Positions 51,448-60,799 of a stretch of DNA of 64,000 nucleotides are shown here, one piece after another. Location: contig OX597819.1 in NCBI GenBank assembly GCA_951406725.2, forward strand, positions 89,962,001 through 90,026,000, written 5' to 3'. Positions within the stretch are counted from its first letter, which is position 1, and each line of letters starts with the position of its first letter. The position numbers and the translations under genes are program-made. The notes under the pieces are model-generated. The model was given only the letters and a program-made list of their open reading frames with translations. It was not told the DNA's origin and made no database searches. The stretch comes from Octopus vulgaris. Taxonomy: Eukaryota.

Positions 51448-53016
51448 CACACACACACACATATATGTAGCATGGCTGTTCATACACGTATCATACAGTC
51501 TACCTTTTACTCTGAGTGAGAGGCCCTTTGTCACCAGCAGAGGTAGGAGCTCTCTGAACTTAGCCCAGGATATTCTTATTCTAGCAGCTACACTTTCAGA
51601 GCATCCACCCCCGCTACTGGCTTGGTCACCTATGTAACAGAAGATATCTGTAGTTTTTCTCCTTGGAATGTGACAGCTGTTCTCTGCACATTTTCAGTGT
51701 TTATTGCTCCTGAACATCTGCCACATACAAAAACAATCTTCCCAGTTAGTCTTCCTTTGATATTGTTGCACCTCTTATGTGTCCATAGCTTACACTGGGT
51801 ACATCTTATGGAGTTTCTACCTACGCCTTTTCTACAGATTGAGCAGGGCCATCTACCTGAAGGGATTTGTGGTTTGTCTGCCTTCTTACTTATTAAGACT
51901 TTGGTTTTAGCTAGGTTAACTCTAAGGCCCTTCAATTCTAATCCTTGCTTCCACACCTAAAACTTTTTCTCTAGTTCTTGTAGTGACTCAGCAATTAGAG
52001 CAAGGTCATCAGGATAGAGGAGCTCCATATATAAATATATATATATGTAGATATATAAAACTAGACATACCTCAACTTATGTTGGCAATTGGTTCCAAGA
52101 CATGCAACTTAAAGGAAAAACAGCATAACAAAACATTTTTAAAAATTCATCAGTTCATATCTGTTTTAATAAATGGTTTGAACATATCTTCACGTGTATT
52201 TAATTTGTTTTTCTCCTCCAGTATTGACTTTTAGGTGTTTTTATAATTTTTATTCTTTTAAATATTTTTGTTGAGACTGATGTAAAGTCAAATAAATCAA
52301 TGCTGAACCTTTCAGACAAGATGTCAAAGGACCAAGATGCCTGGTACTTTGCTGTACACAAAGAAAATCCGCACTCCACAGCGGATGTGTTAAGGCCACT
52401 GCAGAAACCTTGAGCCAATGCCACATAAAAATCACACATGCAGGTGCCATGTGAAAGCACTCATGCCAGTGCTACATTAAAAGCACCCATCTCACACTTA
52501 AGTGGTTGGTATTAGGAAGGGCATCCAGCTGTAAAAACCACACCTAGTTGCAGCTCACCAGCTTTGATCAGACCATCCGACTCATGCCAGCATGGAAAAC
52601 AGACATTAAATGATGATGATGTCCAGTTTAAATGCTTCATTTAGACAACTTTAACAGCTTATTCTCACCTTTGAGAAAACAGAAAAAGAAACCAACTTAC
52701 CTGAACAATTGTAACCATTAAGTAATCCATCAAGTATTACTTTACTTGTGTGTTCATATATTTCGACATTCAAACTCTCTGGACCAAACACATGATCAAA
52801 TGCAAAACTTAAGTTTTTGTTCCGTCGTCTTGTAATATCTCCACGCACAAATTTCGAAGTTGACATACCATTTATTTCACATCTATCATCGGCAGGATCA
52901 AATACCAGGATATGGTCATTTATGGCCTCGACCACAGTCCTAGTTGAACCCTCATTTTCTTTTGAAGATAATGGTCGAACACGAACAACTACTTTTACCC
53001 CTGTGTTATTCGTCAT
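10997..53016 (-). CDS. KIF18A: Kinesin-8 motor, KIF18A-like; full span of 20 coding exons, 969 aa predicted
   Basis: Spliced exons give motor motifs [24 protein letters not shown] (P-loop), SSRSH, DLAGSER and [20 protein letters not shown]. Also an extended basic loop 2 and KIF18-type stalk motifs (RSHHL, KEVVW). Splice phases are consistent through to the TGA at 10997-10999. Confidence 0.9.
12707..13140 (+). mobile_element. SINE family B (Nin/Deu-domain-like), split by a MITE
   Basis: GGTCAACTTTGCCTTTCGTCCTTCCGGGGTCGATAAA core; same family at 14569-14798, 21430-21640 and 60559-60781. Confidence 0.8.
12838..13057. mobile_element. piggyBac-like MITE (family 1)
   Basis: CCCTTTC...GAAAGGG termini with TTAA on both sides. 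Confidence 0.85.
14148..14216 (-). CDS. KIF18A: KIF18A-like exon 20 ([23 protein letters not shown])
   Basis: CAG/GTAAGT borders, 69 nt, phase 2 to 2. Confidence 0.78.
14569..14798 (-). mobile_element. SINE family B with TSD
   Basis: CCCACTGAATATC repeated at 14556-14568 and 14798-14810. Confidence 0.9.
14824..15045. mobile_element. piggyBac-like MITE (family 1), reverse orientation
   Basis: TTAA flanks; reverse complement of 12838-13057. Confidence 0.85.
15615..15699 (-). CDS. KIF18A: KIF18A-like exon 19 ([28 protein letters not shown])
   Basis: Long poly-T tract plus CAG, GTAAGT donor; supplies the required phase 1 to 2 change. Confidence 0.78.
15830..16200 (+). mobile_element. SINE family A
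   Basis: Similar to 7391-7800. Confidence 0.85.
16738..17105 (-). mobile_element. SINE family A
   Basis: Similar to 1322-1733. Confidence 0.85.
18175..18575 (+). mobile_element. RTE LINE reverse-transcriptase fragment
   Basis: [28 protein letters not shown]...[10 protein letters not shown]...GVHQGS, frameshifted. Confidence 0.9.
18903..19096 (-). CDS. KIF18A: KIF18A-like exon 18 (REASHLNL...[12 protein letters not shown]...STVH)
   Basis: CAG acceptor, GTAAAT donor; an alternative in-phase donor follows 19002. Phase 2 to 1. Confidence 0.72.
20372..20588. mobile_element. piggyBac-like MITE (family 2)
   Basis: TTAA-CCCT...AAATGCTAAAGAG-TTAA. Same family at 42940-43159 and partial at ~11120-11290, 19490-19620 and 31610-31820. 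Confidence 0.75.
20663..20801 (-). CDS. KIF18A: KIF18A-like exon 17 (WCSIDTMK...[17 protein letters not shown])
   Basis: CAG/GTAAGA borders, phase 1 to 2, several S/T-P sites. Confidence 0.78.
22312..22623 (+). mobile_element. tRNA-derived SINE family D
   Basis: GTGGTTAGGG / GCTCGATTCC head; matches the reverse copy at 54033-54352; related head at 30870-31195. Confidence 0.8.
22759..23151 (-). CDS. KIF18A: KIF18A-like exon 16 (Ser/Thr-rich disordered tail)
   Basis: AAG acceptor, GTAAGT donor, 393 nt, matches ORF 22697-23131. Confidence 0.82.
24687..25116. mobile_element. Nested piggyBac-like MITEs (family 1 inside family 1)
   Basis: Outer copy is interrupted at its internal TTAA by an inverted copy (~24774-24987). 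Confidence 0.8.
25268..25342 (-). CDS. KIF18A: KIF18A-like exon 15 ([25 protein letters not shown])
   Basis: CAG/GTAAGT borders, 75 nt, phase 1 to 1. Confidence 0.8.
25464..25699 (-). CDS. KIF18A: KIF18A-like exon 14 (RLINSMQQ...KEVVW...RVVLS)
   Basis: CAG/GTAAGT borders, phase 2 to 1, contains an RVxF-type motif. Confidence 0.87.
26822..26943 (-). CDS. KIF18A: KIF18A-like exon 13 ([15 protein letters not shown]...NSKD)
   Basis: CAG/GTGTGT borders; HHL motif as recalled for the KIF18A stalk. Confidence 0.85.
27156..27308 (-). CDS. KIF18A: KIF18A-like exon 12 ([14 protein letters not shown]...GEKKITA)
   Basis: CAG/GTATTT borders, 153 nt open, coiled-coil-like. Confidence 0.85.
28786..29621 (-). 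mobile_element. Mariner-derived non-autonomous element
   Basis: TA flanks, GGTCTGATCAATAAGTATCC TIR, transposase fragment [21 protein letters not shown]. Confidence 0.88.
29640..29811 (-). CDS. KIF18A: KIF18A-like exon 11 ([14 protein letters not shown]...EHLLK)
   Basis: AAG acceptor after a pyrimidine tract, GTAAGT donor, phase 2 to 0. Confidence 0.85.
29983..30074 (-). CDS. KIF18A: KIF18A-like exon 10 (coiled coil; [12 protein letters not shown]...)
   Basis: CAG/GTTTAT borders, phase 0 to 2. Confidence 0.85.
30303..30540 (+). mobile_element. CR1/L2-type LINE 3' fragment
   Basis: [18 protein letters not shown]...FKVSLD C-terminal signature, then an A-rich tail. Confidence 0.75.
30605..30679 (-). 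CDS. KIF18A: KIF18A-like exon 9 (neck; [25 protein letters not shown])
   Basis: CAG/GTTGGT borders, 75 nt, kinesin-8 neck pattern. Confidence 0.9.
32287..32362 (-). CDS. KIF18A: KIF18A-like exon 8 ([26 protein letters not shown])
   Basis: End of the motor domain; CAG/GTAAGT borders. Confidence 0.95.
34080..34177 (-). CDS. KIF18A: KIF18A-like exon 7 ([32 protein letters not shown])
   Basis: Translated by hand (not in the ORF track). CAG/GTAGGT borders, phase 0 to 2. Confidence 0.95.
35329..35526 (-). CDS. KIF18A: KIF18A-like exon 6 (switch II; LVDLAGSER...INALADEK)
   Basis: TAG/GTAAGT borders, 198 nt. Confidence 0.95.
37415..38280 (+). mobile_element. Mariner-derived non-autonomous element
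   Basis: TA-CGAGGTCTGATCAATAAGTATCCGGAC TIR, long inverted arms, degenerate HTH region; same family as 28786-29621. Confidence 0.88.
38368..38478 (-). CDS. KIF18A: KIF18A-like exon 5 (switch I; [12 protein letters not shown])
   Basis: CAG/GTATAT borders, 111 nt. Confidence 0.95.
39217..39604. mobile_element. hAT-type non-autonomous element inside an RTE RT fragment
   Basis: Perfect 8-bp TSD GTTATAAC (39209-39216 and 39605-39612), degenerate 15-bp TIR; flank encodes FLYADDLVL on the minus strand. Confidence 0.75.
41012..41116 (-). CDS. KIF18A: KIF18A-like exon 4 ([10 protein letters not shown]...LTLHK)
   Basis: CAG/GTAAGT borders, 105 nt, IYNE motif. Confidence 0.95.
42940..43159. mobile_element. 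piggyBac-like MITE (family 2)
   Basis: TTAA-CCCTTTAGCATT...AATGCTAAAGGG-TTA. Confidence 0.8.
44057..44214 (-). CDS. KIF18A: KIF18A-like exon 3 (P-loop; [12 protein letters not shown]...VSYLE)
   Basis: CAG/GTAGGT borders, phase 1 to 0. Confidence 0.95.
46665..46843. mobile_element. Tigger/pogo-like MITE
   Basis: TA-CAGTAATCCCT...AGGGATTACTG-TA. Confidence 0.8.
47663..48815 (+). mobile_element. 5'-truncated RTE-clade LINE (second family)
   Basis: RT motifs [27 protein letters not shown] and RRLHWLGH; (TCAAG)n tail; 13-bp TSD TTGTCACTGACAG at 47650-47662 and 48816-48828. Confidence 0.93.
48906..50782 (-). mobile_element. RTE LINE, 5'-truncated with the RT core deleted
   Basis: APE motifs [17 protein letters not shown] and QHRLV joined to C-terminal RRLRWYGHV...GRGRPRKTW; tandem-repeat 3' UTR; (GAT)n tail. 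Confidence 0.92.
51052..51380 (+). mobile_element. RTE LINE ORF-end and 3' UTR fragment
   Basis: Degenerate RPKTWD...WRYAVLEKT followed by 3' UTR units. Confidence 0.7.
51466..51985 (-). mobile_element. RTE LINE RT C-terminal fragment with a PHD-like finger
   Basis: [12 protein letters not shown]...C4HC3...[13 protein letters not shown]. Confidence 0.88.
52701..53016 (-). CDS. KIF18A: KIF18A-like exon 2 (first coding exon; [15 protein letters not shown]...GYNCS)
   Basis: ATG at 53016, acceptor CAG at 53068-53070, donor GTAAGT below 52701, phase 1. Confidence 0.93.
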
Positions 53017-54032
53017 ATTCAGTGGCTTGTTCTGAGATTTACTTTCTAGCTAATGTGTATCGAGAATCTGAAGAAAAGTAAAACGTAAATATTAACATAG
53101 ATAATAATGAAGAATGACACATTAATGAAATATTTATAATTTACAGGGCAATACAAATTTCCTTTCATTATTTTATCATCCCATAGATACTAGAATGCAC
53201 ATGGACTAGTAGTTAGGGAGTTGCACTCATGATTGTGAGATCATTATTTTGATTTCTAGGCAAGGAAGTGCATTATGTTCTTGAGAAAAACACTTCATTT
53301 CATGTTGCACTTTTAATCACTTTCACAGGATGTGCGGCACATCGTGTACCTGTACGGGCCATGTCAATTTGAGAGTGGGAGCTAATGTACAGCACAAAAA
53401 TTTGATCATTATAAAAATGAATCATCTATGCAGGTTGTTCAGCAAGAAACTGTGGAACCCTCATCTGTCATTTACAACAAGAGAGGGACCAAGATAATTG
53501 ATGGTAACAAAAATTAACACCTGCATTTTTTTTTAACGTTTTCTCGGATATTTGAAATGGCAAAAACCAAATGCGTCGTCAATTACTGTTCAATGCTTCT
53601 AGAAAGTTGATATCAACAAAAATCTATCAACACTATTTGCAGCACAACCAAATTTCTTTTAACTGTTCACAATGTTTTTTCATAAATTGGTACATCAAAA
53701 TGTGTGGTGGGATTACATAGTGTTCGGAGGATTCTTCACAAAGTTCTTCTCTCCCAAATCAGCTCTAATCCATTAGACCTATGATCAAAGGAGTCCAGCT
53801 GTAACCATCTTATATATCTTTTCAGTGTAGCTAGTGCTACATTAACCAACATTTCCTTCTCTTTCTAGTTTTTGAATTTTGTCTACTATCTCTATCAAGG
53901 TGAATGAACATGTAGAGGTTCCCTTGACAGAAAAGCTTCAAATATCTCAAAAATAATTAAAATAAATAACATGGTCCAAACATGTTCAAAGTTTACTGAC
54001 TGGACATACTAAAGACAACATGCTAAAGGGGA

Positions 54033-54352
54033 GCACTCCGTCAGTTGCGATGACGAGGGTCCCAGCTGATACGATCAACGGAACAGCTTGCTCATGAAAT
54101 TATCATGTAAGTGGCTGCGCACTCCACAAACACATGTACTCTTAACGTAGTTCTTGAGGAGATTCGGCGTGACAGTGTGTGACAAGGCTGGCCCTTTGAA
54201 ATACAGGTACTACTCATTTTTGCCAGCTGAGTGGACTGGAGCAACATGAAATAAAGTGTCTTACTCAAGGACACAACGCGCTGCTGGGAATTGAACCCAC
54301 GACCTTACGATCATGAGCGAAATACCCCTAACCACTAAGCCATGCACCTTCA
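54033..54352 (-). mobile_element. tRNA-derived SINE family D
   Basis: Reverse match to 22312-22623, with a GGTTCAATTCC B-box. Confidence 0.85.
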
Positions 54353-54926
54353 CATACATACTAAAGAACACGTACACTGAAAGATTTTCATATGCAAATT
54401 ATATAAGCTCTAAGAAGAAAAGTACCAGAAGATAAGTGCAACATCAACCAGATTATCTAGCTAATTTTGTTGATTTTGATTGATTGTGATTGGCTGGTGC
54501 AAATTAAGAAGCCTTAAATTTAGGGTGAGAATGGAGCAAATTCTTAATATCTCAACTCCTAGAATTCACACTAAACACTTTTCCCAATCTTCCCATAACA
54601 ACTGTTTTGCATACAGATGTTCAAGCTGGAACATAAACTACATGACTTGCACCAATCTGGAATAAGGATAAACTTTTCTTTATCCCAAAGAGGTTGGACT
54701 TGATTCCACTGACTACATGTTATGGATACCATGTGATAAAGAACTAACAAAGAATTTCTATAGAATTCAATAAATTAAAACATTCTACAATATGTTTCAA
54801 AATGTGGTAAATATAGTGCCATGAAGTAACAAAATGAAAGACTGCACTTATCCTTTCGTTGGTTTCAGAGATGCTGAGTCAATCTTCAAGTACTAGTAGA
54901 CTGGTACTTGTTTTATCAATCAGCCC

Positions 54927-55294
54927 TTACTCTTTCATTCTTTTATTTGTTTCAGTCATTTGACTGCGGCCATCCTGGAGCACCACCTTTTAGTCGAGCA
55001 AATCGACCCCAGGACTTATTCTTTGTAAGTCTAGTACTTATTCTATCGGTCTCTTTTGCCGAATCGCTTAGTTACGGGGACGTAAACACACCAGCATCGG
55101 TTGTCAAGCGATGTTGGGAGGACAAACACAGACACATACATATATACGACTGGCTTCTTTCAGTTTCCGTCTACCAAATCTACTCACAAGGCTTTGGTCG
55201 GCCCGAGGGTATAGTAGAAGACACTTTCCCAAGGTGCCACACAGTGGGAATGAACGCGGAACCATGTGTGGTCAGCTACTAACCACACAGCCAC
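54927..55294 (-). mobile_element. SINE family A
   Basis: Similar to 1322-1733. Confidence 0.88.
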
Positions 55295-56433
55295 TAACTC
55301 AGAACTCACTAATTTACACAACTTCTAGAGCACTAATTACTTTTAACGTTCCCGAAGTATTTTGAAATTATATATACGATGTTAGGAAGTAAAATAAAGA
55401 AATAATTACTTATGAGATAAAATGCAGTTTATCTCCCATAAGAATTACGTCAATAAGTGCTCTGCGAGTATTCGTCATATATATTAAAAAAAAAAGTTTA
55501 TTTTGATATTCCACGTCTGATACCAAGAATAATTTCCATATGACCTGAATTTATTTTGACATTTATGCAGATAGACCGAATTTTAACAGTTACACGATTG
55601 GGTAGTTTCGAAAAGCAACGTAAATATAAGTTTAGAGGGTACTTTATATGGAAGTTCATAACATATTCTTAGATACATGAAAATGTTAATTAAAATATTC
55701 AAATTAACGATGTCAAATCTTTAAAAGAAACTGTTGCTAAAATTTCCATAGTTCAATATTAGACGAGAAATACATGTTGACTTGACTTTAACAGGTAGAC
55801 ATCAATAAATAAATTTGAAATGTTCAAAATATTTGAAAAGAATAATTAACAAAAAACGATTCTGAAACAATACTTGATAACTTAAGTAAAATATTTTCAA
55901 ATATAAGATGGTCTTTAATTCTAACAATCGAGTATTATTTAAGAATAGTGTAGGGATAGAGAATAATTTATAATAATAATAATAATGAAATTATTGTATA
56001 CAGTGCTCAGGTGTACCACAACTTGTCAGAAAGTGCGTATAAAGTATATGCAGTTATGTACAAATGTCTGGAAAGCGAACAATGTATGAGTCAGAATACA
56101 TACTTGTGGAGTTTGAAAAGGAGTAAGTATGTCCACGGGTGTTAGACGGGTGGAGTTTGAAAAGAGAACGAAGAGAACGAATTTTCTGAACGTAGTAAAC
56201 ATTAAATGTTTAATTAATAAGAACAAAAAGTACTTATAGCTAAATAGTTCGAGCCATCGACGGCTTGCCATTCGTCTTTTTTTTTTAAAAATTTAATGAC
56301 TACAAAAGAATCAGCAACAAAGAAAATAAGTTATTAGATTGCAATATGAAATGAAGATACTGTTTCATGAAAATTCATTCCGATTTTGTAAATAGATTCG
56401 ATAACCTTATAAAGCTAAATAAGGTAAACTCAC

Positions 56434-56470
56434 CATTTAATAAATCATGATAAACTGGAAAACATTCAAA
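56434..56470 (-). other. Putative short 5' exon 1 of the kinesin gene (5' end uncertain)
   Basis: ATG|GTGAGT consensus donor at 56433, next to promoter motifs; the exon 2 acceptor at 53068 needs an upstream exon. Confidence 0.55.
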
Positions 56471-56535
56471 TATGACGCCTCAACAACATTTAAATATCTG
56501 ATTGGTGCTTTTGTACGGACTACAGCGCCACCTCG
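56465..56535 (-). promoter_or_regulatory. CCAAT box plus CDE/CHR-like cell-cycle promoter module
   Basis: Minus strand reads CCAAT (56501-56505) ... GGCGT-CATA-TTTGAA (56465-56479), the CDE-4nt-CHR spacing. Confidence 0.55.
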
Positions 56536-58055
56536 TAACAAGCGTAACAAACTTTGTTGAATAAACTTTTAAATTATCGCCCTTTAGTAATTGATCATCA
56601 CTGATATATATGGAAGAGCTATTTGTCTGTTTTCAGTGGAAGCTGTTGTGTATCCATCCAGATCGGGCGGCTTGCTCGAACAAATGTAACTCTTTCATAC
56701 CGGACATGCATCGATGAGGCGCGAATGTCTGATCTGGGTATTAGTCACATTTGTCTTTCGCTTGCTGAAATATTTCATCTGTGCACGCCACGACTACAGA
56801 TGAAAACAGTGGTTCGCTAAATGAACGGGTTGATCTTGGCCGTTAATAATCTGTTTTCCGTTCATCCGCTTAACATCAAGTGACATTCGCCGTTAATTCA
56901 ATAAGTTCATCTGCCGAAATAGTTCATTGCCACCACATTGCATCCCTTGATTTCAACCTACACTGGCTTGGGTGGTTACATGCTTTTAACCGAAAGATGG
57001 GGCCCTGACAAGCGTTACTTCTCGGGGTCAGTGTAGACCTGGAAAATATATTGGCGAAGAAGTGGTTCCACGCTCCTTAAAACCCTGGGAATTTAAGCGA
57101 ATACTATAATTTTAAACTGTTTTATGATCCAGAAACGATGACAATCAAAGTTGAGCATCGCTGACATAATTAGAAATATCGATGCCTTTCTTTAAAATTC
57201 TGCTACTTAACTATTCCTACCAACTCGCTGCAAGAAATGTCAGTTTCTTCCATTGGCATACAGTTTCGGAATTATAAGAAAACAGATATGAGATTGTGAA
57301 AAATTGCGAAACTGTCACCAACCAAGCCCATCGGGAGTTTGTTTACCACTGCTTTTGGCTCAGATCATCTAAAAAAACTTCTTTTTTTTTTTCCAGCGGG
57401 CTTTCTTTCTTTAAAAGAAAATGTTTTGGAAGGGATTAATTAACGTTCCTCTAAACACCTGATGATTGCTTGAAAAACTTGAGTATAGATGAGCCCTTAT
57501 GTGGCCACGTGACCTGCTAGAAATAGCAGTAAAATCTCATACCACACGCTGCTGTCTTAAAAATATATATAGGAACACATTAGATAAATGTAACTTTAGG
57601 TGCACTCTTTGAGAGCTGATCATAGAGTATCTCTGATCATTGGTCGACTCGATCATTGCTAATCTGGGTGCTAGATAGTATCATTAACACGTACAGGAAA
57701 GCAATTCCAGAGAACAGATGTTCTGTGAGAGAAAGAATGGACAATGTGATTAGGACAGAGCACATTATGGATAAGGAGAGAGGGAGAGACTGAAGGGCCT
57801 GTGTAGAACTAGCTGGTACAAGATCAGCTCGTTGTAAGGAGCATAAACCACTTTGAATAGCAATAGAAAAGGGAGTGAGGAGACAAAATGTCTCTGGGTC
57901 AGAGTGGTAGCGGACGAGTTCATATTAATCAGTCAGTTGACTTTTTTTTCTTTTTTTGGTGGATTCGGTCTAAGACATCTGTATGTAGATAGTAATACTA
58001 TTCTAGATAAGAGTGCAGTATTATTATCAACAATCTATCAGTATTTTATTTTGGC

Positions 58056-58521
58056 GGAATTCTGTTTAAGCACCTCATATAACCCCTCATTTTTTATTTT
58101 TTGAAATTTTCAGAAAATCTTGGTGAATTTATGTTCTATACACGGGAATTCATACGATTATGTGAATCTTTTGTGATTAAACGGCTGTTATTTTTAGCGC
58201 ATGTCACGACCACCTGATACCTTCCTCGTTTCTTTGTCATTCTGACGTATTGATGGTTTTCGATAACTTTCTCCCCATAAACACATTTTATGGTCTATTG
58301 CTGGGATTTAACCAAAGAATTCGGACTGTCCATATTTTACACTCTGATTTTAAAGAAAAATTCGAAAAATTAAAATTAATTTTTTTTTTTAATTTCTTTT
58401 TTTTTTTTCATATTTGTATGAATTCCCATGTGTAGAACACAAATTCACTAAATTTTTCTGAAAATTCCAAAATATTTTTTCAGTTATGAGGAGTTACACG
58501 GGGTGCTTAAACCAGAATTCC
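58056..58521. mobile_element. Unclassified MITE with ~100-bp inverted arms
   Basis: GGAATTCTGTTTAAGCACC... / ...GGTGCTTAAACCAGAATTCC, with further matching internal arms. Confidence 0.7.
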
Positions 58522-58711
58522 ATTTTTATTTATTTTCATAATGATTGCCTTGTGTGCGATGTGCTCTCTGATCCACAAATGGTTTTTGAGTCCCTCGGAT
58601 GGGTTGAATGACAGTATTACTGTTGCATGTTTCACTTTTGCCTTAGTTTCTATGGTTGAATGACTTGCCTGTAACTAACCTCTTTACAGGGCACATTTGA
58701 GTGCATTTTAT

Positions 58712-59037
58712 AAATAATAAAATAATAATGAAATTATTGTATACAGTGCTCAGGTGCACCACAACTTGTCAGGAAGTGTGCATAAAGTATATGCAGTAAT
58801 GTACAAATGTCTGGAAAGCAAACAATGTATGAGTCAGATACATGCTTGTGTGTGTATGGAGGGGAGAAAATCAGTTGTAGTGTTGGCGAATCTCAGAAAG
58901 CATGAAAGTTTTGAAGGATGCAGTGCTCCGACAACTAACAACTGATGCCGGCAGTTTGTTCCATGCTTCAGCAACTCTTAGCGTGAAAAAATGTTTCCTA
59001 AAGTCATGGAAGCTGTGCTGTTTTCTGACTTTGTAAA
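58712..59037 (-). mobile_element. CR1-type LINE 3' end
   Basis: RKHFFTLRVAEAWNKLPASVV...FK with an (ATT)n tail; a shorter copy lies at ~55965-56110. Confidence 0.8.
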
Positions 59038-60558
59038 TATGGAATCAACACTAGAGAAATTGTCTTGTCCTTGACAAGAGAAGATTAAAGGGTCCTCTCA
59101 ACCATATGCTCATTCACCAGTGACTTACAAAGCTTTAACAGTTGGGTTTGAGATATTTTGGCTCTGCCTCTTTGGTTTCATTAATTTGATTTTGACTTGT
59201 TTGACATCAGACGTTTTAATATTTCCCGTTCTCTCTCTTTCCCTCTCACTCGCTCTCTCTCTCTCCTGGGCATATGTGAGCATATTTTCCTTTTATGTGT
59301 ACAAGAAGAGGAAAAGTGTTTACGTCAATCATGTTCAATTAATAGAGTGTAACATCTGTTAGTCTCTCTTTCTCACTCCTCTCCGTACATTCTTTCTATA
59401 CTGCATGTGTACTGGACTAATAATCCTTTCTATTATAGGCATAAGGCTTGAATTTGGGAGGGTGGGGGTCGATCACATCAACTGCAGTGCATAACTGGTA
59501 CTTATTTCATCAATCCCAAAAAGATCAGAGGCAAACACAATGCACCGCACTGTGGGATTGAACCCAAAACTACATAACTGCAAAGCAAATTCCTTAGCTA
59601 TGCAGCCATGCCTGCATCTATTGAACAATGTAATGTAAACAGTACAGTACAAACAACATAACAAACATCATATAAAAGCAATATAAACACTATATGGAAT
59701 TTTGGTTTCAAAATTTAGCACAAGGCCAACAATTTCAGTGTCGGGGTATGAGTTGATCACATCAACCGCCAGTGGTTATTTTATCAACCCTGAAAAGATG
59801 AAAGGTAAAGTCGACCTTAGTGGAATTTGAACTCAGAATGTAAAGATAGATGAAATCTGCTAAGCATTTTGCACAGCATGCTAACAATTCTGCTATATCA
59901 CTGCATTAAGACCTAGTGTGATAATTTTTTTAAAAATCATTTACCCAAGGTGCCACACAGTGGGACTGAACCCAAAACTAAATAGTTGCAAAGCAAACTC
60001 CTTAACTATTCAGCCATGCCTGCATCTTTTAAACAATATAATGTAAACAATACAGTGTAAGCAATATATCATAATCATCATCATTGTTTGACGTCTGTCT
60101 TCCATGCTGGCATGGGTTGGATTGTTTGACAGGAACCAGCCAGGCAGAATACTACCCCAGGCTACTGTGTCTGTTTTGGCAGTGTTTTTACAGTTGGATG
60201 CCCTTCTTCCTAACACCAGCCACCCTGCAGAGTGAACTGAGTGCTTTTTACAAGGCACCTGTACAGGCAGGGTTAGTTTTGGTCTGGCTTTTACCGCTGG
60301 AAGCCCTTCCAAATGCCAACCACTTTACAGTGGAGACCGGATGCTTTTTACATGGCACCAGCACTGGTAAGGTTACCAAGTAACTTGCAGTACAAAGTGT
60401 CTTTGAGAGGGGAGGGGACATTGGAAGAAGCGATCTTGTGTCAGAAGATGAAAGGTTAGAGTATGACAGAGAAGAGAGAAACAGGTGTCTTGCTAATGCA
60501 ACATAAACAATATATGGAATATTAAGATCATAATATGACAAACAGACAATATTATATA

Positions 60559-60781
60559 TATTTCTTTACTACCCACAAGGGGCTAAACACAGAAGGGACA
60601 GACAAACAGATTAAGTCGATTACATCGACCCCAATGCGTAACTGGTACTTATTTAATCGACCCGAAAGGATGAAAGGCAAAGTCGACCTCGGCGGAATTT
60701 GAACTCAGAACGTAACGGCAGATGAAATACAGCTACGCATTTCACCCGGCGTGCTAACGTTTCTACCAGCTCGCCGCCTTG
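60559..60781 (-). mobile_element. SINE family B with 15-bp TSD
   Basis: AGACAATATTATATA at 60544-60558 and 60782-60796. Confidence 0.9.
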
Positions 60782-60799
60782 AGACAATATTATATAATA

